This document shows positions 50,681-59,674 of a DNA stretch of 64,000 nucleotides, piece by piece (the stretch's first letter is position 1; each line of letters opens with the position of its first letter). The stretch is taken from positions 1,664,001 through 1,728,000 of the forward strand of contig CP122380.1 of the NCBI GenBank assembly GCA_024650005.2, read 5' to 3'. Origin of the DNA: Candidatus Bathyarchaeum tardum. Its GTDB lineage: Archaea; Thermoproteota; Bathyarchaeia; Bathyarchaeales; Bathyarchaeaceae. Under the pieces are notes generated by a model. It had not been told where the DNA came from and ran no database searches. It worked only from the letters and a program-made list of their open reading frames with translations. A program made the translations under genes and the position numbers.

Positions 50681-51952
50681 TCAGGATTGGCCTCCACAAA
50701 ATTCTAGAAACTTTTTGAGGGCTAATTTTTTTGTCGTGTCTGTTTTTAAGTCGTAAACTGTTAGTGGCTTTGTTAATGAGGAATCAACACAAACAACATA
50801 ATCTGCTTCAGTAAGATTTCCGTATTCAACAGTTTTTTCTATAGGTCGATTAGTTACTTCTAACGAAGCAACAAACCCAGCTTCCCGCAAAGAATTAACT
50901 GCTTCAATTGCAACCCTTCGGAATTTTGAGGAAACAATAACCCGCATCTTTTTGCCGTTTGAGATGTCAAATCCCTGAGCTATTAGAGCTTGAAGAATTT
51001 TATCAATTTCCAGAGCAAACCCAGTTGCAGGAAGCTTCAGTTTTCCAAATTTTTCAATAAAGTTGTCGTATCGTCCTCCGCTGCCTATGGGAAGTCCCAA
51101 GTTTGGAACCGAGGCTTCAAACACCATTCCGGTGTAGTATTCAATTTTTTTGGTTAAAGAGAAATCGAAGAAAACTACGTCATCTACTTTGTAGTCCACT
51201 AGGGTTTCTTGAAGCTCTGTTAAACTTGCTAGTTGTTGATTGACTTTATCATATTTTGAGCCATTCAACGAAACGGATGAAAGGTTCTTTAATTGCCTGC
51301 ATTTGGAAAGTTCAAGAAAGGCATCTCGCAAATCAGAAGGGAAACTGTTTTCATCCATGAACTTTTTTAAACCAATTGAATCTCGGCACGCTAGCAGACT
51401 TTGAACTGAAATTTTTTGTGAAGAATCCAATCCTGCGGCGTTTAACAAGTCTTTAAGGAGACTTGCGTGACCCAGATCGATTCGGATTTCGTTTAAGCCA
51501 ACCCGTTTAAGGGAAGAAACCAGCAACGCAAGAATTTCTCCGTCTGCTTCGGAGGTGTTGCATCCAACAAGTTCTACCCCGGCTTGGCAGAATTCCCGTT
51601 CAGGTTTGTAGTTGGTTTGGGTGTACCGGAAAACGTTGTTAATATAAAACAAACGAATTGGCTCGGGGGCAGACTGCATTCTTGTTGTCACGATTCTAGC
51701 GACTGGGGCAGTCATTTCTGCCCGTAGGGCTAATAGTTTGCCGTTAAAGTCTTGGAATTTGAACATGTCGTTGATTAGTTCTGAACCCACTCCAGTGGAT
51801 AGGGTTTCAACAAATTCTATGGTTGGGGAGCGGACTTCGTTGTAGTTCCATGATTCAAAGTTTTTTTGTAATTCTTCTTCAACGTAACGGTATTGGCGGA
51901 CTTCTTTTGGGAGCATGTCTTTTGTCCCTTTTGGTGTGTGTAGACGGGTGAT
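50681..51952 (-). CDS. hisZ: ATP phosphoribosyltransferase regulatory subunit; probable ATC start
   Basis: HisRS-like TPKGTKD.LP, LRAEMT..VAR, REFCQAGVEL, YYTG, GGRYD; first gene of operon with short hisG. Confidence 0.9.
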   Translation of the reverse strand: MTRLHTPKGTKDMLPKEVRQYRYVEEELQKNFESWNYNEVRSPTIEFVETLSTGVGSELINDMFKFQDFNGKLLALRAEMTAPVARIVTTRMQSAPEPIRLFYINNVFRYTQTNYKPEREFCQAGVELVGCNTSEADGEILALLVSSLKRVGLNEIRIDLGHASLLKDLLNAAGLDSSQKISVQSLLACRDSIGLKKFMDENSFPSDLRDAFLELSKCRQLKNLSSVSLNGSKYDKVNQQLASLTELQETLVDYKVDDVVFFDFSLTKKIEYYTGMVFEASVPNLGLPIGSGGRYDNFIEKFGKLKLPATGFALEIDKILQALIAQGFDISNGKKMRVIVSSKFRRVAIEAVNSLREAGFVASLEVTNRPIEKTVEYGNLTEADYVVCVDSSLTKPLTVYDLKTDTTKKLALKKFLEFCGGQS

Positions 51953-51977
51953 TGCTGTTTCCTCCTTTAAATATTAT

Positions 51978-52033
51978 TTTGTGGGTAATTTGTGGGTTGA
52001 AACCCATATTCCGCACATCTTATATAAAGCTTT
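51978..52033. promoter_or_regulatory. his promoter (minus-strand BRE-TATA) with repeat/palindrome operator candidate
   Basis: Minus strand AAAGCTTTATATAAG (52033-52019); TTTGTGGGT twice 11 bp apart; TGGGTT-GA-AACCCA. Confidence 0.55.
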
Positions 52034-52061
52034 CCAGAATGACACTAAAGGAGACAAAACA

Positions 52062-52469
52062 ATGCGAATGACAGAAATCGTCCGCGTAGACTCACGAGGA
52101 AGAATCACCATGCCCTCATCCATCCGTGAAACAGTAAAACTGTCAGAGGGAATGTACGTGATGCTAATCGCCGACCTAGACAAAAAAGAAATCAGGATCG
52201 CCCCTTTCGCTGACCCCGAAGCAAAACTTGTGGAACTGAACATCACCTTTTCCGACAACCCCGGAGCCCTCGCCAAAGCTGCAAGCATCCTGGCTGAACA
52301 AGAAGTGGACTTACTGTCCAGCGAATCCCGAACCCTACGCAGAGGCAAATCCGCAGAATGGGTTGCAGTCGCCGATATTTCACGATGCAAATGTTCACTT
52401 GAAGAGTTGAAACAAAAAATAATGGCAGAAGGAACAGCAAAAGAAATCAAATTACAAAGTTACACCTAA
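52062..52469 (+). CDS. AbrB/MazE-type DNA-binding domain fused to an ACT domain
   Basis: VDSRGRITMPSSIRE (AbrB) then DNPGALAKAA..L....VDLLSS (ACT); AAGGAG SD. Confidence 0.88.
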   Translation: MRMTEIVRVDSRGRITMPSSIRETVKLSEGMYVMLIADLDKKEIRIAPFADPEAKLVELNITFSDNPGALAKAASILAEQEVDLLSSESRTLRRGKSAEWVAVADISRCKCSLEELKQKIMAEGTAKEIKLQSYT

Positions 52470-52514
52470 AAACTAGGTTTTAAGAACAACTGAAATCTGG
52501 CATGTGACTGCACC

Positions 52515-53060
52515 ATGGAAAAACGCTTGGATGGCTTGTTTGGCATTCTAGGTCCACTGATGGTTTACTTGTCCATTGCAGTTTCTCTTGCTGTTTCTCC
52601 GTGGTTTAACTGGCAAACTAATGCATTAAGCGACCTAGGACACGCAGTAAACAGCGAAGCAGCAGCAATATTTAATGGTGGATTGTTTCTAGCAGGTTTT
52701 TTTCTAATGCTATACTCCTTGACCGCTTTCAAAAATCACGCAAAATACAGCAGTCTTTGTTTGTTGGTTTCAAGTTTTTTTGTCCAGATGCTGGCAGTAA
52801 TTAACGAATCTTATGGCAGCCTGCATTACGTTGCTGCAGTTCCTCATTTTTTGACCTTAAGTTTGACTTCGATTGTTTATGGATATGAAAAAAGGTCCAA
52901 GTTTGCCATAACAACATTTCTGATTGTTATGTTCACGTGGTTGCTGTATTCCCTGAGCATGTTTAACATGGGGATCGCTGTTCCTGAAACCATGTCAAAA
53001 CTTGTTTTATTGTGGATAATGTGGTCAGGCATCAAAATTTTGTTGAAGAAACAAGATTAG
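52515..53060 (+). CDS. DUF998 family membrane protein
   Basis: PWFNW..NALSDLG, FNGG, LH..AA, A.PE. Confidence 0.85.
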   Translation: MEKRLDGLFGILGPLMVYLSIAVSLAVSPWFNWQTNALSDLGHAVNSEAAAIFNGGLFLAGFFLMLYSLTAFKNHAKYSSLCLLVSSFFVQMLAVINESYGSLHYVAAVPHFLTLSLTSIVYGYEKRSKFAITTFLIVMFTWLLYSLSMFNMGIAVPETMSKLVLLWIMWSGIKILLKKQD

Positions 53061-53560
53061 TAAACGGTTATGCTTCTTGTTCCAGGCAGTTTTCTTATTT
53101 GATTGATTAATTCCGAGGGAATGTCACCTTCAAGTATTAACGTCAACTTAGGAAGGCTACTTGTGCTGGGGTCTTCTGCGAGCACTTGTCTTATGCCTAA
53201 TCCTTTTTCAGAAACTATTCTAGTAACATTTGAAACTATACCGGTTTGGTTTGCATTTTCTGGAACAAAAACAATCACGCTATAGTTAAACTCCCGGGCT
53301 ACATCCTGCAAAGAGCATACTTGTCGAAGGTTTTTGTAAATTCTTTTCAATTCAGGGGTTACAAGTATTGTTTGCACTGTACTGTCCACTGCTCGGCGCT
53401 CTACGCCTACTTCTTTGGCTATTTGAGTGTGAGGAATTTCGATTCGGCCACTTACTACTTTTCCGTCTTCGTTTACTTGAAACCCCCGCTCAAAAAGCAG
53501 CAGGGCAATACGTTGTTGAGCTGGAAAATCGTCAAAAAAATGTTTAATTTGACCCCACAT
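53057..53560 (-). CDS. Archaeal ACT-domain regulator of amino acid metabolism (COG2150-like)
   Basis: IEIP.TQIA...GV.RR.V..T HTH; GIV..V......G..IRQ..AEDP ACT. Confidence 0.85.
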   Translation of the reverse strand: MWGQIKHFFDDFPAQQRIALLLFERGFQVNEDGKVVSGRIEIPHTQIAKEVGVERRAVDSTVQTILVTPELKRIYKNLRQVCSLQDVAREFNYSVIVFVPENANQTGIVSNVTRIVSEKGLGIRQVLAEDPSTSSLPKLTLILEGDIPSELINQIRKLPGTRSITVY

Positions 53561-53593
53561 TTGAATCACACCCAAAGTATACAGTTGTTCGGT

Positions 53594-53608
53594 AAAGCTT
53601 ATATAAAC
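53594..53608. promoter_or_regulatory. BRE-TATA in the divergent regulator/trpB2 intergenic region
   Basis: AAAGCTTATATAAAC, similar to the his and ileS promoter boxes. Confidence 0.55.
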
Positions 53609-53658
53609 ACTTCAGGGTAAAAAAGGTTAATTCTTCAAAACTCAAGAAGTGAAAATTC

Positions 53659-55050
53659 ATGACAGCGAAAAAAATTTTGCTAGACGAAAATGAAATGCCA
53701 AAACAATGGTACAACATTTTGCCCGATCTTCCCAAAGAATTGCCCCCAATGATTCACCCCGGAACCCGAGAGCCAGTTAAACTGCCTCCTCCCCTGTTCC
53801 CAAGTGAATGCCTCAAACAAGAATACAGCACCGAACGCTGGATCGATATTCCAGAACCAGTGCGAGAAGCTCTCCGCATCTGGAGACCCAGCCCCTTGTT
53901 CAGGGCAACTGGTTTAGAAAAAGCGTTGAAAACTCCAGCTAAAATTTACTACAAATATGAAGGAGTTAGTCCTTCAGGCAGCCACAAAACAAACACTGCT
54001 GTTGCCCAAGCATATTACGCAGTAAAAGATGGCCTAGAACGCGTAACAACAGAAACAGGTGCCGGACAATGGGGCTCTGCATTATCCTTTAGTGCCCAAT
54101 ATTTTGGCGTGAAAGCTACAGTTTACATGGTAAGCGCAAGCTATCACCAAAAACCTTACCGAAAAAGCATGATTGAAACCTGGGGCGCAGAAGTTTTCCC
54201 CAGCCCAACTAACCGAACAAAAGCCGGTCGAGCAGTTCTAGAAGCTGACCCAGACAGCACAGGCAGCCTTGGAATCGCCATCAGCGAAGCAGTAGAAGAA
54301 GCCTTGACAACAGATAACGTCAAATACACTATCGGTAGCGTTGTAAATCACGTTTTGTTGCACCAGACGGTCATTGGTCTGGAAACCCAAAAACAGTTAG
54401 CAATGGTAGACGACTACCCCGACCAAATTATCGGATGCATCGGCGGCGGAAGCAGCTTCTCCGGAATCTATTGGCCATTCTACTACGACAAAGTCAAAGG
54501 CAAAGCCCCCAAACAAACAGAATTCATCGCAGTTGAATCTGCTGCATGTCCTAAAGTAACAAGAGGATACTACACCTACGACCACGGCGACACCGCAAAA
54601 ATCATTCCTTTGGTTAAAATGCACACAGTTGGTCACACTTTCATTCCTGCACCAATTCACGCAGGTGGACTTCGTTATCATGGAATGGCACCAACCGTCA
54701 GTTTGATGAAAGAAGAAGGCGAAGTACAATCCCGAGCATATAACCAACTGCAAGCTTTTGATGCAGCAAGTCTGTTTGCAAAAACAGAAGGAATCATTCC
54801 TGCTCCAGAGCCATCCCACGCTATCAAAGGGGCAATCGATGAAGCCCTCAAATGTAAAGAAACAGGCGAAGAAAAAACCATAGTGTTCCTATTGTGCGGT
54901 CACGGACACTTTGACATGAAAGCTTACGATGACTACAACCAAGGTAACATGCTACCCTATGAGTATCCACAAGCAAAAGTCAACGCAGCCATGAAAAAAC
55001 TCAAAGCTCTCTATCCATGGCTCAACAACGAACTATGCAATATCGACTAA
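53659..55050 (+). CDS. trpB2: TrpB2 (stand-alone tryptophan synthase beta-like PLP enzyme)
   Basis: [43 protein letters not shown]. Confidence 0.95.
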   Translation: MTAKKILLDENEMPKQWYNILPDLPKELPPMIHPGTREPVKLPPPLFPSECLKQEYSTERWIDIPEPVREALRIWRPSPLFRATGLEKALKTPAKIYYKYEGVSPSGSHKTNTAVAQAYYAVKDGLERVTTETGAGQWGSALSFSAQYFGVKATVYMVSASYHQKPYRKSMIETWGAEVFPSPTNRTKAGRAVLEADPDSTGSLGIAISEAVEEALTTDNVKYTIGSVVNHVLLHQTVIGLETQKQLAMVDDYPDQIIGCIGGGSSFSGIYWPFYYDKVKGKAPKQTEFIAVESAACPKVTRGYYTYDHGDTAKIIPLVKMHTVGHTFIPAPIHAGGLRYHGMAPTVSLMKEEGEVQSRAYNQLQAFDAASLFAKTEGIIPAPEPSHAIKGAIDEALKCKETGEEKTIVFLLCGHGHFDMKAYDDYNQGNMLPYEYPQAKVNAAMKKLKALYPWLNNELCNID

Positions 55051-55062
55051 ACAAACAACAAA

Positions 55063-55089
55063 AAAGGGATTTTTTCCCTTTCTCTTTTT
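55063..55089 (+). terminator. Hairpin plus T-tract after trpB2
   Basis: AAAGGGA-TTTTT-TCCCTTT followed by CTCTTTTT. Confidence 0.55.
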
Positions 55090-55165
55090 ATTAGAAAAAA
55101 TGACTGCGGGCTAATTTTTGATTACCTGAATCTTCTAGAATGAATAAAAATTCTTTATAGATTTG

Positions 55166-55735
55166 TCAAAATTTCCATTGGTTGATCAACTGTCGATTTA
55201 TGACTTCTCTTTCATCACAAATTTGCCATAGTTCGTTACTATATTTTGGTTGTTTTTTTCCATTTGGAAGGTGTACAAAAATTCCGGAATGGAACAATTT
55301 AACTGATGCACCTTCATCTTTGGCTGTTTGTACTGCAGGTACAAAATCGCCATCTCCTGCTATCAAGAAAATTTTATGCACTTGGGCTTTGGCACTTAAC
55401 CGGACCATATCCACACTTAGCCGTACATCTACACCTTTTTGTACAAAACCATTACCACGGGGTCTTTGTCGCCCAAACCGTAACTCGAAAGAGGGATATT
55501 TTCGTAACATATCAAAAAATTTTTGTTTACCCGAAAAAAGGTTCTTTTGCTGTTCAGTAGGTGGATTGCTCTGATAAGGCATGCAATCATAAATATAAGT
55601 TCTTAAACGTTGATAATTTGTGCATATAGAGTTTGAGAGTTTCAAATAATCAATTCTAGTCGATGAAAATTCATCCCTAAGAATTGCAGAAAGATATCCG
55701 TTATCTATTAGAATTACAGCTCTTCCTAATGGCAT
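55166..55735 (-). CDS. NYN domain (LabA/DUF88, PIN-like) protein
   Basis: ILIDNGYL, QKGVDV...DM, AGDGDFVPAV. Confidence 0.9.
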   Translation of the reverse strand: MPLGRAVILIDNGYLSAILRDEFSSTRIDYLKLSNSICTNYQRLRTYIYDCMPYQSNPPTEQQKNLFSGKQKFFDMLRKYPSFELRFGRQRPRGNGFVQKGVDVRLSVDMVRLSAKAQVHKIFLIAGDGDFVPAVQTAKDEGASVKLFHSGIFVHLPNGKKQPKYSNELWQICDEREVINRQLINQWKF

Positions 55736-56013
55736 GAAATTATAATACAATAAAAATTGGAAATAAGAGTTGTGGTCTGACATCCAAGTTGAACGCCAGC
55801 GGATAAATACAAGAAGTAACTGTTAAGAAAAACTATTTAAAATTTACTCCATTTGAATACTATTTTCAGGTGGCGTTGAATTTTAAATAATTAGTTTTTC
55901 ACTTTATTTTTTCCCAAATTTTTAATTTTAATATCTGTAAAATGAAAAAACCTCATTTATTTAATTCATTAAGTTAAAGTAACGGTGAACCTATGTAATA
56001 ATAGGGCATTGTT

Positions 56014-58113
56014 TTGGGAAAAGTTTCAGAGGTTACTAAACGCGACGGTCGAACAGTTAGCTTTGATGAAAACAAGATAACCAACGCGATTTTTAAGGCA
56101 TTAAATTCGGTCAAGAAGAGCGACAAGCAACTAGCAAAAAAACTTGCAGATGATGTTGTTGAGTTGCTTAACGAAGGGTTTGAAGGAAAGGTTCCCAGTG
56201 TTGAAAACATTCAAGATTTAGTTGAAGAGGTTCTAATCAAGAACGGGTATTGTGATGTTGCAAAGGCGTACATTTTGTATCGTCAGAAGCGAGCAGAAAT
56301 TCGGGAATATAAAGAGTTTTACGGTGTTGTTGACGATTTAAAGCTGGGAATTAACGCTATTCAGGTTCTAAAAAACAGGTACCTAATGAAAGATCAAAAA
56401 GGCAAAGTCATCGAAACCCCCCGGGAAATGTTTAGAAGAGTAGCAAAAGCAGTTGCCAAAGCCGACCAAAATTATGACGAAAACGCTGACGTGAAACAAA
56501 ATGAAGAAACGTTTTATCAGGTCATGGTCAACTGTGAGTTTTTGCCGAATTCACCGACGTTAATGAATGCGGGAACTGTATTGGGTCAGTTGTCTGCTTG
56601 CTTTGTTTTGCCAGTTGAAGATTCCATCGAAGGAATTTTTACCTCCCTAAAACATATGGCGATTATCCATCAATCAGGGGGCGGAACAGGTTTTTCTTTT
56701 TCTAAACTGCGACCTGCAGGGGATATTGTAGGTTCTACTAAAGGCATCGCTTCAGGTCCTGTTTCGTTTATGACCATTTATGATGCTGCTACAAATGTGA
56801 TTAAGCAAGGGGGAAGAAGACGAGGGGCAAACATGGCAATACTGGATGTTACTCATCCGGATATTTTGCAGTTTATTGAAGCTAAAGCCAGGGAAGGTAT
56901 CTTAACGAATTTTAACATTTCAGTTGCAGTTAATGACGAGTTCATGGAAGCAGTAGCAAAAGACACAGAATATGCTCTGGTTAATCCACGGAACGGAAAA
57001 ACTGAAACAAAACTGCGGGCACTTCATGTTTTTGATCGGATAGCATCTAACGCTTGGCGAACCGGAGATCCCGGACTGGTGTTTATTGATGAAGTGAACA
57101 GGCATAATCCAACGCCTAAAGTTGGACGGATTATGAGCACAAATCCATGTGGGGAACAGCCCCTGTTGCCTTATGAGTCGTGCAATTTGGGTTCGGTTAA
57201 TTTGGCAAAGATGGTTAAAGACAACAAGGTAGACTGGGAGAACCTTAGAAGAGTTGTAAGAATTGGAGTTCATTTTTTGGATAATGTAATTGACGTTAAC
57301 AAGTACCCAGTGCCAAAAATTGAAGAAGTTACTCGGACAAACCGCAAAATCGGTTTGGGCATAATGGGTTTTGCAGACATGCTCATTAAACTAGGGATTC
57401 CGTACGATTCTAAAGAAGCTTTAGAGCTAGCAGAACAAGTAATGAAGTTCGTCAGAGACGAAGCGGTAAACCAGTCAGTTAATATTGGAGCTGTTCGGGG
57501 TTCTTTTCCTAACTTCAAAGGAAGCATCTGGCAAGAAAGGGGCTTCAAAACAATGCGTAACGCCACGGTTACTACTGTTGCTCCTACAGGGAGTATAAGC
57601 ATAATTGCAGGTTGTTCAGGAGGAATAGAACCAATTTTTGCTATTGCTTTTGTTCGAAACGTTATGGATGGCTCAAGATTGCTAGAAGTGCAGCCAACCT
57701 TTGAGGAGTTAGCAAATGAATCTGGTTTTTACAGCCGAAGTTTGATGCTTGAAGTTGCAAAAACGGGTTCAGTGCAAACCGTGAAAGAAATTCCCGAAAA
57801 GTTACGAAGAGTCTTTGTTACCTCGTTGGATATTAAACCATCGTGGCATGTGCAGATGCAGGCTGCGTTTCAGAAGTATGTAGATAACGCAGTTTCCAAG
57901 ACAGTGAATCTTCCAAACAACGCTACCGTGGATGATGTGAAACAAGTGTATTTGTTGGCTTACAAGCTGAAATGCAAAGGAACCACAGTTTACAGGTATG
58001 GAAGCAAAAGTGAACAGGTGCTATATGTTGGTCCTCAACTAACCAAAGAACTTAGGGCAAAGCAAGTTAACGTGGATTCAGAATACGCAGGTAGTTGCGG
58101 AAAATGTGGCTAA
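56014..58113 (+). CDS. nrdJ: Adenosylcobalamin-dependent (class II) ribonucleotide reductase with ATP cone
   Basis: KRDGR ATP cone, PNSPTLMNAG, LSACF, NPCGEQ, CNLGS, APTGS, C-terminal CGKC. Confidence 0.96.
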   Translation: MGKVSEVTKRDGRTVSFDENKITNAIFKALNSVKKSDKQLAKKLADDVVELLNEGFEGKVPSVENIQDLVEEVLIKNGYCDVAKAYILYRQKRAEIREYKEFYGVVDDLKLGINAIQVLKNRYLMKDQKGKVIETPREMFRRVAKAVAKADQNYDENADVKQNEETFYQVMVNCEFLPNSPTLMNAGTVLGQLSACFVLPVEDSIEGIFTSLKHMAIIHQSGGGTGFSFSKLRPAGDIVGSTKGIASGPVSFMTIYDAATNVIKQGGRRRGANMAILDVTHPDILQFIEAKAREGILTNFNISVAVNDEFMEAVAKDTEYALVNPRNGKTETKLRALHVFDRIASNAWRTGDPGLVFIDEVNRHNPTPKVGRIMSTNPCGEQPLLPYESCNLGSVNLAKMVKDNKVDWENLRRVVRIGVHFLDNVIDVNKYPVPKIEEVTRTNRKIGLGIMGFADMLIKLGIPYDSKEALELAEQVMKFVRDEAVNQSVNIGAVRGSFPNFKGSIWQERGFKTMRNATVTTVAPTGSISIIAGCSGGIEPIFAIAFVRNVMDGSRLLEVQPTFEELANESGFYSRSLMLEVAKTGSVQTVKEIPEKLRRVFVTSLDIKPSWHVQMQAAFQKYVDNAVSKTVNLPNNATVDDVKQVYLLAYKLKCKGTTVYRYGSKSEQVLYVGPQLTKELRAKQVNVDSEYAGSCGKCG

Positions 58114-58239
58114 AACATCCCATGACAAGTTTTAGTGATTTTGTAGTTAAACAGCTGTTTGCTTAAATATTCAGGGCAGTTGGTGCAAATAATTAATAAA
58201 CAGATAACGCGACTTTAGTCTAAAACGGTGCTACTTGAA

Positions 58240-58827
58240 ATGTACTGCTCAAAATGTGGAAATGAACTTTCAGAAGATGCAAAGTTTTGTACAAAATGCG
58301 GAACCCCAGTAAACGTCCAAGCAAAACCTGAAGCAAAGCAAGAAACTAAAAAAGTAGAAACTGTTATTGAGCGTTTCCAAGAAGACACTATACTTCAAGA
58401 CTTCTGGATACGACGGTTAGTTGCTTACGTTATTGACATACTAGCAGTAAGTGTTGCAGTTGCATTGATCATGGCAATTGTTGCATTTCCAGTTTTTATT
58501 GCAGATCCCTTCAGGTACTTTAACTGGATAAGTTTTCCTTTCGCTAAAGGCATATTTGCCGTGGCATATTTTGTTATAGCAGAAACAACCTACGGCACCA
58601 CTATCGGAAAACATCTTCTAGGATTAAAAGTGGTCACCCGAGCAGACCAAAAAATAAGTTTAGAAAAAGCTTTCATCCGAAACATCAGCAAAATCCATGA
58701 AGTCCTCCTGCTCTTGGACGTAATTATTGGCATAGTAACTTTGCCAGACCTTAACCAAAAATACACTGATGAAATAGCCAACACTACCATAACAAAAGAT
58801 GAAACTGTAACTAATCCACTGTTTTAA
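58240..58827 (+). CDS. Zinc-ribbon plus RDD domain protein
   Basis: YCSKCG.......FCTKCG; RR.VAY.ID, G.TIGK...LKV, IRN. Confidence 0.88.
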   Translation: MYCSKCGNELSEDAKFCTKCGTPVNVQAKPEAKQETKKVETVIERFQEDTILQDFWIRRLVAYVIDILAVSVAVALIMAIVAFPVFIADPFRYFNWISFPFAKGIFAVAYFVIAETTYGTTIGKHLLGLKVVTRADQKISLEKAFIRNISKIHEVLLLLDVIIGIVTLPDLNQKYTDEIANTTITKDETVTNPLF

Positions 58828-58835
58828 GTTCAGTT

Positions 58836-59315
58836 TTAGATTTTCGAAAAGGCCATAACACCTGCTCGAGCAATTAAGGAAACCCCTGCAGCCATTATTA
58901 TGCAAGACCAGAAAACAAACCATTGGGTGCTGTCGATTAGGAACCACTGGACAAGAAAGGCTACTCCGATCCAGTAAACAAAGTTGCCCATGGTTTCTGA
59001 TCGTTTGGTCCACGTCGAAGGGATAACAAATCGTAAAATAAGCATGATTGCCTGAAATACTACTCCAGCGATGCTAACTAGCCCCATAACGTTGTAAAGC
59101 GCCAAATGTGACCGAGGGTCTTCCGGAGCAGGAAGAAAGACCCCTGAATTAGATACTTCTTCTATTCCGATGTCTCCAAAAAAGTCAGTTATGTTTCCAT
59201 ATAAATCCGGTGTGGAAATAAATAAAATGCCCAAAATAAGAATGAAAAACCCAAAAGAAATTGCGGTAAAGATTCCTTCCATGCTATTGAGGACTGGCTT
59301 TTTGTCTTGACTCAA
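58836..59315 (-). CDS. Four-TM hypothetical membrane protein
   Basis: GGGAG SD, TTG; four hydrophobic segments. Confidence 0.75.
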   Translation of the reverse strand: MSQDKKPVLNSMEGIFTAISFGFFILILGILFISTPDLYGNITDFFGDIGIEEVSNSGVFLPAPEDPRSHLALYNVMGLVSIAGVVFQAIMLILRFVIPSTWTKRSETMGNFVYWIGVAFLVQWFLIDSTQWFVFWSCIIMAAGVSLIARAGVMAFSKI

Positions 59316-59674
59316 ACAATTCTCCCTTGTTATATTTTGTTTGTAAACCGCTTATAATGTTTCGCCACAATATAAAGAATAAAGTGTATTTTTAATGGTG
59401 TTTCTCTAAATGAAAAACTTGTTTTTTACATAGATAAATAAAAAATTTTGTAATTATTGTGGTTTAAGACATAAATTAACTATGATTTTAAATTAAATAT
59501 AATATTCAAAAATATCGCTTTGACTGTTAATATATTCAATGACTTTCAAGTTCTAACATTGCGACGATTATATTTTTTTATTAAAAATGCAATTTTCTGT
59601 ATGGTATAATAAGTTCAATAATTATAACCTGTAGAAATATTAATAATTAAGCAAGATATTAGTATTACTAACGA

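Noticed and set aside
51879-52007. Minus-strand ORF from ATG 52007 with four His codons, resembling a his attenuator leader
   Set aside because: The ATG is only ~12 nt from the TATA box, so probably upstream of the TSS. The His codons are scattered, mostly overlap hisZ, and no attenuator hairpins are visible.
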